The notes beneath the pieces are model-generated. The model was not told the DNA's origin. It did no database searches and was given only the letters and a program-made list of their open reading frames with translations. The translations under genes were made by a program, and so were the position numbers. 64,000 nt of DNA from IMG/VR virus record IMGVR_UViG_3300032157_000003; one strand, 5' to 3'. The DNA comes from a virus. Numbering within the stretch: position 1 is the stretch's first letter; every line of letters begins with the position of its first letter. Of the stretch, positions 27,087 through 36,062 are shown in pieces.

Positions 27087-27556
27087 CAGTCGGGCTGTTG
27101 TTGTTGTGGGTCGCTGCCCTCGGGGAGGGTCAGGCCGTCGTTGGTAACTGCCACGGTATGCACCTCATCCGTGACCTCATCGAACACGTCGACGATCAGC
27201 CCTTCGTGGGTGTAGTTCACCGTGGTAAAGCCATGGCCTTGCTTGCGCACGTTGACCCGGCTGTCGTCCGTGATGGGGCGCACCTCGATGTAAATGCCGG
27301 GGGCGTACTCCAGCTCAAACGGTTCGTCGATGCTGCCGCGAGCCACGGCCAGTTCCCGGTTCAACATGTGGTACAGGTTGCGGTCAGGCGGCAGCAGCAG
27401 GATGGCCACGATCTGCGCGTACTGGCTGGGCGTGATGTTCAGGTGGTTGGTCTTGCCCCCGGCATCACTGCCCATTTGCAGGGTGTAGTGGTGCTCCGCC
27501 TGAGCGAGCTGCTTGAGTTGCGCGGCGATGTAGGCCCGTTGGATTGTCTCGTTCAT
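27086..27556 (-). CDS. hypothetical protein
   Basis: 156 aa; coupled. Confidence 0.7.
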   Translation of the reverse strand: MNETIQRAYIAAQLKQLAQAEHHYTLQMGSDAGGKTNHLNITPSQYAQIVAILLLPPDRNLYHMLNRELAVARGSIDEPFELEYAPGIYIEVRPITDDSRVNVRKQGHGFTTVNYTHEGLIVDVFDEVTDEVHTVAVTNDGLTLPEGSDPQQQQPD

Positions 27557-27750
27557 GACTGATCCTCCACGTAGGAGTCGGTCGGACCACCCACGGCTTC
27601 CAGCATTTCGTCGTTGGCCATCAGGTCGTTGGCACGCTTGATCAGCGCGTCGTACATCTGCTGCGCCGTCACGTCCTCGCCTTCCTTGTCAGTCGAATGA
27701 GGCACTTCAAAGGCGATGACGAACGCATGGTTGTAGGTCTTGGTGCTCAT
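27553..27750 (-). CDS. hypothetical protein
   Basis: 65 aa; ATGA overlaps at both ends. Confidence 0.7.
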   Translation of the reverse strand: MSTKTYNHAFVIAFEVPHSTDKEGEDVTAQQMYDALIKRANDLMANDEMLEAVGGPTDSYVEDQS

Positions 27751-28190
27751 GACTGCTTCTCCTTGATCTGCCGGCGGTACACCGCGTCTTCGTAGATGTC
27801 TTCCAGCTCCTGCAAGGTGCCGCTGAGGAACAGGTAGGTCGCGCCGCCGCGATGCGGCAGGGTGTCCTCTTCCAACATGCAGTTGCCAGAGCAGGAGTGG
27901 GACAGACCGTCGCTGTCGATGGCGCAGACCCGCATCCGCAGCCGGTCCACCAGCTCAAGGTTGGCGGTGAACTCCAGCTTCGTGACCTTGAAGCTGTAGT
28001 TTTCCAAGTCCATCGCCCACCGCAGGCAGGCGTCGTACAACTCGCAAAGTGGCTTTGCGAACCGCGCACGGGCCTGACGCCACGTCATCGTGATCGGCTC
28101 GGGGGTGTCCTCGATGCCAGCGACCAGTACCTTGATCGACAGGTTGTCCGCCCCTTCGACGGACTTGGTGATGTCGTTCATGATTGACAT
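27747..28190 (-). CDS. hypothetical protein
   Basis: 147 aa; contains an in-frame palindrome copy. Confidence 0.65.
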   Translation of the reverse strand: MSIMNDITKSVEGADNLSIKVLVAGIEDTPEPITMTWRQARARFAKPLCELYDACLRWAMDLENYSFKVTKLEFTANLELVDRLRMRVCAIDSDGLSHSCSGNCMLEEDTLPHRGGATYLFLSGTLQELEDIYEDAVYRRQIKEKQS

Positions 28191-28193
28191 GGC

Positions 28194-28562
28194 TCAGTCC
28201 TCGTCCGGCTGGAACACGAAGAAGGCGTACACCGGCTCTACGCTGTCATCCTCCGAATCGACCTGTTCCAGGTCCTCGAACATCCGCCGCTTGCCCTTGA
28301 TCGCCGGACGTATCCGGTTCACCGCCGCATGGGCGCGCATGTACCACACGTCCCCTTCCACGCCGGAGTCATCGCGGGTGCGAGGGTCGTTGCCGGCCAC
28401 CGCCCCCTCATTCAGTTCGCTGTGCAGCGCAGCGCGCAGCTCCGACAGGTGCATGCCCCGGTGGACCGGCACCTGAATGTGCGGCAGGTGATGCCCGCCC
28501 CAGTAGCACGACAGGCAGGTGTCGGCGTGGGCGCAAATGAGTTTGCTGTTGTTCATGGCCAT
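28194..28562 (-). CDS. hypothetical protein
   Basis: DTCLSCYWGGHHLP motif. Confidence 0.7.
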   Translation of the reverse strand: MAMNNSKLICAHADTCLSCYWGGHHLPHIQVPVHRGMHLSELRAALHSELNEGAVAGNDPRTRDDSGVEGDVWYMRAHAAVNRIRPAIKGKRRMFEDLEQVDSEDDSVEPVYAFFVFQPDED

Positions 28563-28566
28563 CCCC

Positions 28567-29175
28567 TTACGAGTGAAATTCAGGGATGGCAGACAGGGTG
28601 CGCTGGATGCCTGCGAGGAAGAACTTGTTGCCTTCCTTGCTCTTGAACAGCATCCCGTTCTCCAGCCAGCCGACCGGCTCGCTCTTGCCTTCCTCGACCA
28701 CACGCACGCCGAGGTAGACGTTGATCGCTTCGTAGCCGACGTATCCGCCATCCGTGAATTGCAGGATGCGGCGCAGGCAGGCGATGTACATCGACAGGTC
28801 GTTGGGGGTGGCTCGCTGGATCAGCAGGTAGGCCTTGTTCCAGTCGCAGAGGTCGTAACCGTCCTCGTCCTGCGGCATTGCAGCGCGCAGCGGGAGCGTG
28901 GGATAGATGTGCAGGAGGTCTTTGAACTTGTTCAGTTCGTTGATCTCTGCCGTCGTCAGGGGCTCGACGTTGGGGATGCGGGGGACGAGCGGGAGCTTAC
29001 GCAGCTCAGGGCAGGCCTTCAGGCGCAGGGACAGCAGGTTGAGGCGTTCGACGAGGGCACGCCGAGCCACAGCGGGGAAGGCAGGGGTGTCTTCGATGTG
29101 TTGCAGCAGGCTGATGATCTCTTCGAGTTCATTCATGTCCGTGGCTGTCAGCACGTAGGCGAGTTCGTGGTTCAT
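28567..29175 (-). CDS. hypothetical protein
   Basis: 202 aa; leader motif upstream. Confidence 0.7.
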   Translation of the reverse strand: MNHELAYVLTATDMNELEEIISLLQHIEDTPAFPAVARRALVERLNLLSLRLKACPELRKLPLVPRIPNVEPLTTAEINELNKFKDLLHIYPTLPLRAAMPQDEDGYDLCDWNKAYLLIQRATPNDLSMYIACLRRILQFTDGGYVGYEAINVYLGVRVVEEGKSEPVGWLENGMLFKSKEGNKFFLAGIQRTLSAIPEFHS

Positions 29176-29233
29176 GATCGTTTTCCTGTATGAAGGAGTG
29201 GGTGCAGCGGTGGGTGGATGGAGTACCGGGTGG

Positions 29234-29569
29234 TCAGTTCCAAACCCGGCGGTGAAACAGCACAGCGGGTCCAACGATGAAGTTGAGCGCTTCCGGGTCT
29301 ACCGTTGGGTGGCTGCTCAGCCAGTTGTTGCGGTAGATCGTCGTCGCCTTCTCATTCCTTGGCAGCCCCTTCGAGAAGCCCATCTCGTCGACGAACATGT
29401 CCGTGTACTTGCCATCGTGCAGCACGGTCACGTGGTCCATGTAGGTGCCGGGGCCAAGGATCGGCTCGACGATCAGGCTGATCCGTTCGCTGCCTGGGAA
29501 CTCAGGAAGTTCCTCGACGTAATCAACAGCCTCCCCTGCCGGGGTGATGACGGTGTACTTGGTTTCCAT
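29234..29569 (-). CDS. DUF3846-like protein
   Basis: MFVDEMG..KGLPRNEKAT...IVGPAVL. Confidence 0.65.
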   Translation of the reverse strand: METKYTVITPAGEAVDYVEELPEFPGSERISLIVEPILGPGTYMDHVTVLHDGKYTDMFVDEMGFSKGLPRNEKATTIYRNNWLSSHPTVDPEALNFIVGPAVLFHRRVWN

Positions 29570-29616
29570 TGGCTTGATCCCTTCATAGTTGTGGGGTTCG
29601 CAAAGTGCTTTGCGAG

Positions 29617-29961
29617 TCAGTGGGCCGGGGCCGTACTGGTGTGGATCGCCACCTGCCACGCCTTGCGGCTGGCGTACAGGCGCTTGATCGTCGGCAGGCG
29701 GCTGGCCACCAGCTCCAGCTCTGCCTCCGACATGCTCAGCACACTCTTGAACTCCCACTCCACGGAGCGCCCCACGCCCTTGGCACCAACGCCGAAGCCG
29801 GCCTTGGCCACGAAGCACAGGGTCATCATTTCGTGCGGCGCCTTCGTCACTTCGTCCAGCAGGAACTGGCAGGCACGCGGGCCGAGGGTGGGCAGCACGT
29901 GTTCGATCAGTTCCTCGGTGGAGCAGGGCAGGGCTTGGATGCCCAGATGTTCAGCGGTCAT
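29617..29961 (-). CDS. hypothetical protein
   Basis: 114 aa ORF. Confidence 0.55.
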   Translation of the reverse strand: MTAEHLGIQALPCSTEELIEHVLPTLGPRACQFLLDEVTKAPHEMMTLCFVAKAGFGVGAKGVGRSVEWEFKSVLSMSEAELELVASRLPTIKRLYASRKAWQVAIHTSTAPAH

Positions 29962-29979
29962 GTTGAAGACCTCTCTTCG

Positions 29980-30390
29980 TTACTGGTTGGTTGGCCCGCT
30001 GGCACGCGCCAGTGGGTGGATGTAAATGGTCAGGAAGCCGGCCTTCCTCGGGCCGGCTTCGGCGTGCCGGGGTGGCGGCAGGAAGCACACATGGAAGAAC
30101 ACTTCCTCCGCTTGGCCGGGACTGGCAGGCAGGCCGTAGTCGTTGTTGGTGGCCCGCACGTTGGTTTCACTGCTGATCAGGGACAGACCCAGCGCGTGGG
30201 CGACCGCCAGAATGTCCTCTTCGGTGTGGACCCGTTCGCCCACGTTGGCGTTGATCGACTTCTGCAAACTGCGCAGGGTGGCGTGGGCGGTCTTCGCGGT
30301 CGGAGTGTCGATGATCAGGGTGGTGGTGGGGTTGGCCTCCGGGTTGGCAGGGGTTGGGGCGGGACCGGTGTTAGGGGTCAGCGCGTTCAT
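29980..30390 (-). CDS. hypothetical protein
   Basis: 136 aa; RBS AAGGAG. Confidence 0.6.
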   Translation of the reverse strand: MNALTPNTGPAPTPANPEANPTTTLIIDTPTAKTAHATLRSLQKSINANVGERVHTEEDILAVAHALGLSLISSETNVRATNNDYGLPASPGQAEEVFFHVCFLPPPRHAEAGPRKAGFLTIYIHPLARASGPTNQ

Positions 30391-30494
30391 AGTTGATCTC
30401 CTTCAATCGTGTCGCTAATTTCGGGGAACTGGGTTCGCAAAGGACTTTGCGAACCCTTCGTGGTTGGACGGTGACTACCGTTGGTAGTCGGGGG

Positions 30495-31193
30495 TCAATG
30501 CCGGGTGCGGGTGCGGCAGGCCAAGGCGTGGATCAGTTTCAGCAGGCCCAGTGGCAGGTCGGCATTCTGCGGGACGGCTACGCCCGCCTCGTGCAAGTCT
30601 TCGATGATCTTGCGGCGTTCGTCGTTCGCCTCCGCTTCCCGCTTGGCTATCGCGTAGTCCTTCACACTGACCACGTTCAGATTAGCGTCATTGCCGACGA
30701 TGAAGTGGTCCAGCAGTTCCACATCCAACAGCTTCAACATGCCGCCGAGGTTTTCCGTCAGGGACAGGTCGTTGTCGCTCGGCTCAGCCACGCCGCTGGG
30801 GTGGTTGTGGTAGACGATGCAGGCATGGGCGTTATAGCCCAGCGCATTGCGCAGCACCTGCTGGATGCACACCTGCGTTTCCGTGCGGGTGCCGACGCTG
30901 ACCACCACGTCTTCGATCAGGTAACCCTGGCCGTCGAGCCAGAGCACGCCGAACATCTCCCGGTCCTCGTGCGGGCCGACCTTGAGCCGCAGGTAGTCGT
31001 GAACCTGTGCCGGGTCTTCAAACAGCGGCTGGCCGGCAGGGTCACGCAGGGAGGCCTTCAGCGCGGCAAGGGCACGCGGGATCAGGTCGAAGTCGGGGTC
31101 GGCAGCCAGATGGCGCTTGCGTGCCGCCGCTTTGCCTCGGGTAGAGGCGTCGGCCAAGGTTTCAGGGGTTGGGTCAGACTTCTTCGTAGCCAT
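30495..31193 (-). CDS. radC: RadC-family JAB-domain protein
   Basis: DREMFGVLWLD...YHNHPSGVAEPSDND...LDVELLDHFIVG; complete JAB metal site. Confidence 0.9.
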   Translation of the reverse strand: MATKKSDPTPETLADASTRGKAAARKRHLAADPDFDLIPRALAALKASLRDPAGQPLFEDPAQVHDYLRLKVGPHEDREMFGVLWLDGQGYLIEDVVVSVGTRTETQVCIQQVLRNALGYNAHACIVYHNHPSGVAEPSDNDLSLTENLGGMLKLLDVELLDHFIVGNDANLNVVSVKDYAIAKREAEANDERRKIIEDLHEAGVAVPQNADLPLGLLKLIHALACRTRTRH

Positions 31194-31286
31194 TTCGTGT
31201 CTCCAAGATGAAGGGACGGGGTGGATCAGGGTGTGCAACAAACACAAAAGCCCCTCGCAAAGTACTTTGCGAAGGGCTGGGGTGGA

Positions 31287-31646
31287 TCAGTGGGTGTCGT
31301 CGGCTTCGACATCCATGCCTGCGGCACCGTGGGCGTCCATGGGGATCGTCCGCATGGAGCCCGTGAGGATCAGCGTCAGGTGGGGCCGTGGCGCGGGCTT
31401 CCCGGCCTCGCGGATCATCGCCCGGCAGGGGTACTTGCCTTCGATGCCCACGAACAGGCTCAAGGCCATGCGGGTGCCACGGTACAGGCAGGGACGACTG
31501 CACTCCCGATTCTCCTGCCAGTAGTCGCGGATACCCTGCAACACCTTCTCGTAAGAGGTGGCTCCGAGGTAGGCCTTGCAGTCGGCCAAGGCCGCGTCAG
31601 TACGGGCCTGCCGCGTGGCTTGGTCGTAGCGGATGGTGGTCTTCAT
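31287..31646 (-). CDS. hypothetical protein
   Basis: 119 aa ORF. Confidence 0.65.
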   Translation of the reverse strand: MKTTIRYDQATRQARTDAALADCKAYLGATSYEKVLQGIRDYWQENRECSRPCLYRGTRMALSLFVGIEGKYPCRAMIREAGKPAPRPHLTLILTGSMRTIPMDAHGAAGMDVEADDTH

Positions 31647-31649
31647 GGC

Positions 31650-31895
31650 TCAGCCCTCGATCTTGAGCCAGCGGCCATCGGCTTGTTTCTGGTACTTCTG
31701 GCCACGCCCTTCCGTGCAGGCGCCGCCGAGTCCCAGGCCACGATCCCAGCAGGCGGGACACATATTGGCCCACGGGCCACGCAGCGTGGCACCGTCGATA
31801 AAGGTGTCTTCAAAGTCCTTGCGGCAGATGTCGCAGGCTTTCGGGTCGGTGCCCATCCAATAGCGTTTCTGGGCGGGTTTGTTCGAGGTAGGCAT
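31650..31895 (-). CDS. small Cys-motif phage protein
   Basis: CDIC...FIDGAT..GPWANMCPAC...GRGQKY. Confidence 0.75.
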   Translation of the reverse strand: MPTSNKPAQKRYWMGTDPKACDICRKDFEDTFIDGATLRGPWANMCPACWDRGLGLGGACTEGRGQKYQKQADGRWLKIEG

Positions 31896-31982
31896 GATCT
31901 GTAGCTCCAACTTTGATGAAGGTGGGCTCGCAAAGTGCTTTGCGAGCCGGGGGTGGAACAGGTGGAACGGGTGGTTCATAGC

Positions 31983-32255
31983 TCAGTGGCGGTCCGCAGG
32001 GATGCGCGCCGTGGCTTCACGCTCAGCGATGGCACGCGCCTTCCGTGCCGCGATGTCCCGGCGAATCTTGCGGATCATCAGTTGGTGACTGATCTCGTTG
32101 ATCACCAGCATCAGAACCACGGTGAGGATCATCGGCCACATAGGGGCCAGCAGGGTCAGGGCCGGATAGGCCGGGGCCTTTCGCTCGATCCACTGGAACA
32201 GCATTTCGGCTATCTGGCCGTAGTAGGCCCACAGCAGGGAGAGTGCGTTGCTCAT
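31983..32255 (-). CDS. membrane protein
   Basis: Start MSNALS; hydrophobic segment; leader motif upstream. Confidence 0.6.
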   Translation of the reverse strand: MSNALSLLWAYYGQIAEMLFQWIERKAPAYPALTLLAPMWPMILTVVLMLVINEISHQLMIRKIRRDIAARKARAIAEREATARIPADRH

Positions 32256-32279
32256 TTTCTTCTTCCTCGATGAAGGATC

Positions 32280-33660
32280 GGGTTTGGTGGCACGGGTGTG
32301 TATATGGGGAGGCCCCCTCCCCCCTGTTCCTTTAGCTACGGCAGGGGGCATTCGTCGCGTTCTTACTTGATGCCGATTTCGCAAAGCCCTTTGCGAGAGG
32401 CGGGTGGTACGGGTGTGGCAGGTGGAACTCGCAAAGTCCTTTGCGAACTGGGGTGGCTCGCCCTTGGGCCATCCTGCCTGTTGTCCTCCCACTGTTTGGC
32501 GTTGGCCGGGGAGGGTGGCTGGCAGGTAGTCCGAGGCCCAAGGAGAGCCGGTATTGCACACACGGTGATGCCTTGTGGCGCGTTCCCTTTCTGGGCCATC
32601 GACCACCGCTGACTTCAGGCCCCCTAGAGTCGTGGGATCGCGCCATTGTAGCAGCTCTGTGTGTACAATGCCAGTACCGTTCGTCGGAATGTCCACTGGC
32701 ATTGTACACGCTCTGGGCGTGCAGGGGTAGCTGGTTATTTGGACTGGGACACGCCCGTCCAGTTGTTAGTGGGGATAGTAAAAATTGACCCCATTGTATT
32801 GGGTGTCTTCTGGGTACTTTGTACAGAATACGCGAAAAACGTGTGTCTATCGAGTATGGGTACACGGTAAAAGTCATTCATGCCCATTTTGAGACGTCAA
32901 CCGGAAATATATATTTCACTTTGGGGGTTGACGCGGATTTGGTCTGGGCCGGGTGCCGAGTACACAAATGGGTGGATTATGAGCAAATCCCTAAATCAAG
33001 TGCGTTGTACATGGTGATGCTCTGAAAGGTGCTAGCTAGAGCGATTATGGCACTTTGATTCAGGGGGACGCATCGTGGAGATAGGTGGGTAGCCTCCGGG
33101 TTCATTTGTGAGTCAGACACGCTGGCGGTCTGCTTCCGCCACAGATTTGGTGATAGCTTTTGGCCACCTCTCTTCTTAAAAAATACTTTGTACACTCTTT
33201 TATATATATTATTTAGGTAGATAAAATAATAAAGAAAAGAGAAGAGGGCAGGGATCGTTTCTCGCCCGCTCCCTGCCGGTTTGGCAAAGCGCTTTGCGAG
33301 ATCACGCCTGCGGGCCTTCTCAGCGTGGTGGTGCTTACCCCTGTGGGTCAGGGCCGTGGCGTGGCCAAAGTTTCCCTAATCAATTCACCGGGGACGCTCC
33401 TCGCGATTCCGGGGCCTGGGATAACCTCCCTCGCGCTATGGCGGCGCAAAAGCCAAGTCCAATGGGTTGGCTCCCTTCCTGCTAGGCCGGAACTCGCAAA
33501 GTGGCTTTGCGAGTTCCGGGTCTGGTGCGCTCGCCTGCGGAATGCGAAGGCGTGGGCGTTTCGCAAAGCGCTTTGCGTAGTGCGAGCCGGGGCCGGGGCC
33601 AGCGGACAACACAAACGAAAAGCCCCGGCACAAGGGCCGGGGCTTTTCGTTTGCAGTGTC
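32280..33660. other. large non-coding control region (candidate origin or genome-end region)
   Basis: No credible ORF; AT-rich tract about 33170-33245; five TGTACA; five TCGCAAAG-type palindromes. Confidence 0.55.
33613..33653. terminator. long intrinsic terminator hairpin
   Basis: AAACGAAAAGCCCCGGC-ACAAGG-GCCGGGGCTTTTCGTTT. Confidence 0.8.
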
Positions 33661-33663
33661 GCG

Positions 33664-33792
33664 CTATAGGCCAGCGACCTTTAGCGCGGCGGTGATGCTG
33701 GCAATGGTGTCCATCGCCGGGAGCACGATCGTATAGGCGACGACAGCGAGCAGGGCCAGCGGGAAAAGCAGCGAGCAGATAGCGCGAAACAT
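33664..33792 (-). CDS. 42-aa membrane micropeptide
   Basis: Hand-found MFRAICSLLFPLALLAVVAYTIVLPAMDTIASITAALKVAGL; RBS GGAG. Confidence 0.6.
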   Translation of the reverse strand: MFRAICSLLFPLALLAVVAYTIVLPAMDTIASITAALKVAGL

Positions 33793-33843
33793 GGCGGTTA
33801 CTCCTGTAGTGAGGGGGCCGGAATGGCCCCCTCGGTTCAACGG

Positions 33844-35118
33844 TTAGGCGCGACGGCTGGCGCTGGTTTGACGTTTGCCACCCTTGCCACTGTTAGCCAC
33901 CAACGCGGCCAGCTTGTCAGCGCTAGCGGCTGGCGCTGGTGTGGTGCCGACTACCTGCCCAACGCCAGCGGCCTTTTGGTCGTCGGTCAGGGTTGGCGAC
34001 ATGGTGACGGTGGAATCGGTCAGGTTAGTGGCTGGATCAACCGGGGCGGAAACGTCCACCACGTTAGCGCTGGCGCTGGTGTCCGCCACCTGTGGAACGT
34101 CCAGAGCAGCGGGAGCAGGATCAACAACGGGAGCGCCAGCGGCTGGCGCAGTAGTGGCGCCGGTAGCAGTGACGCCAGCGGGAGCCGGGGCCAGCGCATC
34201 ACGTTGCAGGTTCACAAGGCGCATGCAAAGGGCCGCCAACTTTTCGAGCCGCGCAATATCCCAGCTAGTGAGCTGCGCAGCCAGTTGGGACGGCGACAGC
34301 TCGTGAATAAACGGGATTTTTTCGCCTTTGGAATCGACCACGCCGCGCATATCAGAAACGTCTGATTCACCCTCACCAGCGGGAGCCGGAAGCGCTTTTT
34401 TGTCGTCGGCCTTGCGCGCTTCTGCTTCCATCCGTTTAACATTCTGGCCCAGAGCTTTTTTGTCATGGGCAAGGGCCGCTTTAACATCGTCGATACTGGC
34501 GCCCGGTGGAACGACAGTAACCACAGCGGCCATGTCAGTACGGTTAAGCTGGATTGATACGGCGGCGAATTTGGCGCCCGGTAGCATTTCCTTTTGCCAT
34601 ACCTGCTGACACAAGGCCCGGACACTGTTACCAGCGGCCATAAACTTTGACCGGGCAATGTCGCATTCCTTTGCGTGTTCAATCCGTTGTTCCTGAGTGG
34701 CGCCCGCTTGCAACTCAGGAACCTTGAAACCGTCGGCCACTTCGGCAAAGGAATAACCGAGCATCTCAGCCGCTTGTGCCGGGGCCAGTCCCATAGCAAA
34801 GCGCACGGGCTTGATCATGCCGTGGGAAGCATTGCCCAGCTTTAACGCCACTTCGCTGATTTGGTGCGCACCTTCGCGCAATTGTTCCATCGTTAGCACG
34901 GGGTAAACGATAGCGGCGGGAGCAGTGTCGCCGGTAGTTTGCAGCTCCGTGCCAGTGTCGCCGGTAGTGTCGCCGGGAGCGGCATCACCAGCGGGAGCGG
35001 CATCACCAGCGGGAGCGGCGGCGGGATCTTGCAAAGTACTTTGCAAGTCAGCGGGAGCAGCGGCGGCGGCGGGAGCAGCGGCGGCGGCGGGAGTGGTAGC
35101 GGTTGCAGTAGTAGCCAT
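33844..35118 (-). CDS. 424-aa Ala/Pro/Thr-rich protein with globular core
   Basis: RBS GAGG; low-complexity termini; codon usage differs from neighbours. Confidence 0.75.
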   Translation of the reverse strand: MATTATATTPAAAAAPAAAAAPADLQSTLQDPAAAPAGDAAPAGDAAPGDTTGDTGTELQTTGDTAPAAIVYPVLTMEQLREGAHQISEVALKLGNASHGMIKPVRFAMGLAPAQAAEMLGYSFAEVADGFKVPELQAGATQEQRIEHAKECDIARSKFMAAGNSVRALCQQVWQKEMLPGAKFAAVSIQLNRTDMAAVVTVVPPGASIDDVKAALAHDKKALGQNVKRMEAEARKADDKKALPAPAGEGESDVSDMRGVVDSKGEKIPFIHELSPSQLAAQLTSWDIARLEKLAALCMRLVNLQRDALAPAPAGVTATGATTAPAAGAPVVDPAPAALDVPQVADTSASANVVDVSAPVDPATNLTDSTVTMSPTLTDDQKAAGVGQVVGTTPAPAASADKLAALVANSGKGGKRQTSASRRA

Positions 35119-35301
35119 GATGACACCTCGATGATGAACGATGCGAATGAGAAGCATTCGCGTTTGGCCCAGAGTGGCCCCGGTAGTGACGGAATGACAC
35201 TACCAGTTACTAGCCTAGTCCTTTTGCACTTCGCGAAGTGGCGAGCCGACAAACGGTGTCACCTGTACACAAGGCAAGGGCAAGGGCAGGGCCAGCCACT
35301 A

Positions 35302-35388
35302 GGGCAAGGGCAAGGGCAAGGGCAAGGGCAAGGGCAAGGGCAAGGGCAAGGGCAAGGGCAAGGGCAAGGGCAAGGGCAAGGGCAAGGG
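35302..35388 (+). repeat. (GGGCAA)14 GGG tandem repeat
   Basis: 14 perfect hexamers plus GGG counted directly; degenerate copies at about 35273-35292. Confidence 0.95.
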
Positions 35389-35802
35389 ACGACAGCGGGA
35401 GCCGTCACACATTAGGCCAGGTTGAAGCGTGGCAGTGACGTGCTACAAAACCACCGACGATGTGGCACGCTACAGACGTGCTACTCCTCACACGTAAAGA
35501 AGGCTCAGGCGCGATCACGTAGCAAGACCCCGGCCACACTTTTTACCGTCCGTCGGGACACCCTCCGGGCGGACTGACCCCCTGACCATTCGTCCGATAC
35601 CGCAAATCCCATGTGTACAAGGTCACCCTCCCCCTATAGAGTCACCGCACCCCACCAGTGACTGTCCCCCCCTTCGCTGAACACTGGTGGGTACCGGCCC
35701 GTCCCCGGTGGGTGCCCAAAAGATGGGGCAGATCACCTACACCGGGGCGGGGCTGGGCCTTTGGCTCCCAGCCAGACCATTACCACGGAACAGGACCCCC
35801 GC

Positions 35803-36036
35803 ATGACCAAACCCTCCGAAATGCTCGTCAACATCCCCTACGTCATCATCAACGACGGGGAATGCCACCATGCCGCCTACAGCCTGGGTGTGCTGGAGCA
35901 GAAGGCCCACGAAGGCACCATCACCCCGAGTGAAGCCCTCCACCGCCTGACGCTGGAGCGTGCCATCCTCGACTATCAGGTGAGCAAGGCCTTCATCATC
36001 GTCCATGGCAACGCCCCGACTTTCACCAAGCTCTAA
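35803..36036 (+). CDS. hypothetical protein
   Basis: Start MTKPSEM; RBS AGGA. Confidence 0.65.
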   Translation: MTKPSEMLVNIPYVIINDGECHHAAYSLGVLEQKAHEGTITPSEALHRLTLERAILDYQVSKAFIIVHGNAPTFTKL

Positions 36037-36062
36037 CCCCCTCCCACGGAAAGGAAATACCC

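Larger units (their letters stand above)
7799..32276 (-). promoter_or_regulatory. repeated leader motif CCTTCAYNNAGGA abutting RBSs (10 copies incl. variants)
   Basis: Plus-strand TCCTnnnTGAAGG-type at 7799, 14923, 18158, 19946, 23670, 24065, 29184, 32264; variants at 31202 and 31910. Confidence 0.75.

Noticed and set aside
8127-33578. Palindromes as a CRISPR array or integron attC sites
   Set aside because: Spacing is irregular (50 bp to several kb), repeats are only 17-19 bp, many are intragenic, there are no RYYYAAC/GTTRRRY boxes, and no cas or integrase gene is in the window.
35238-35438. ARARAR / GQGQGQ ORFs across the hexamer array
   Set aside because: Trivial translations of the (GGGCAA)n repeat, with no RBS.
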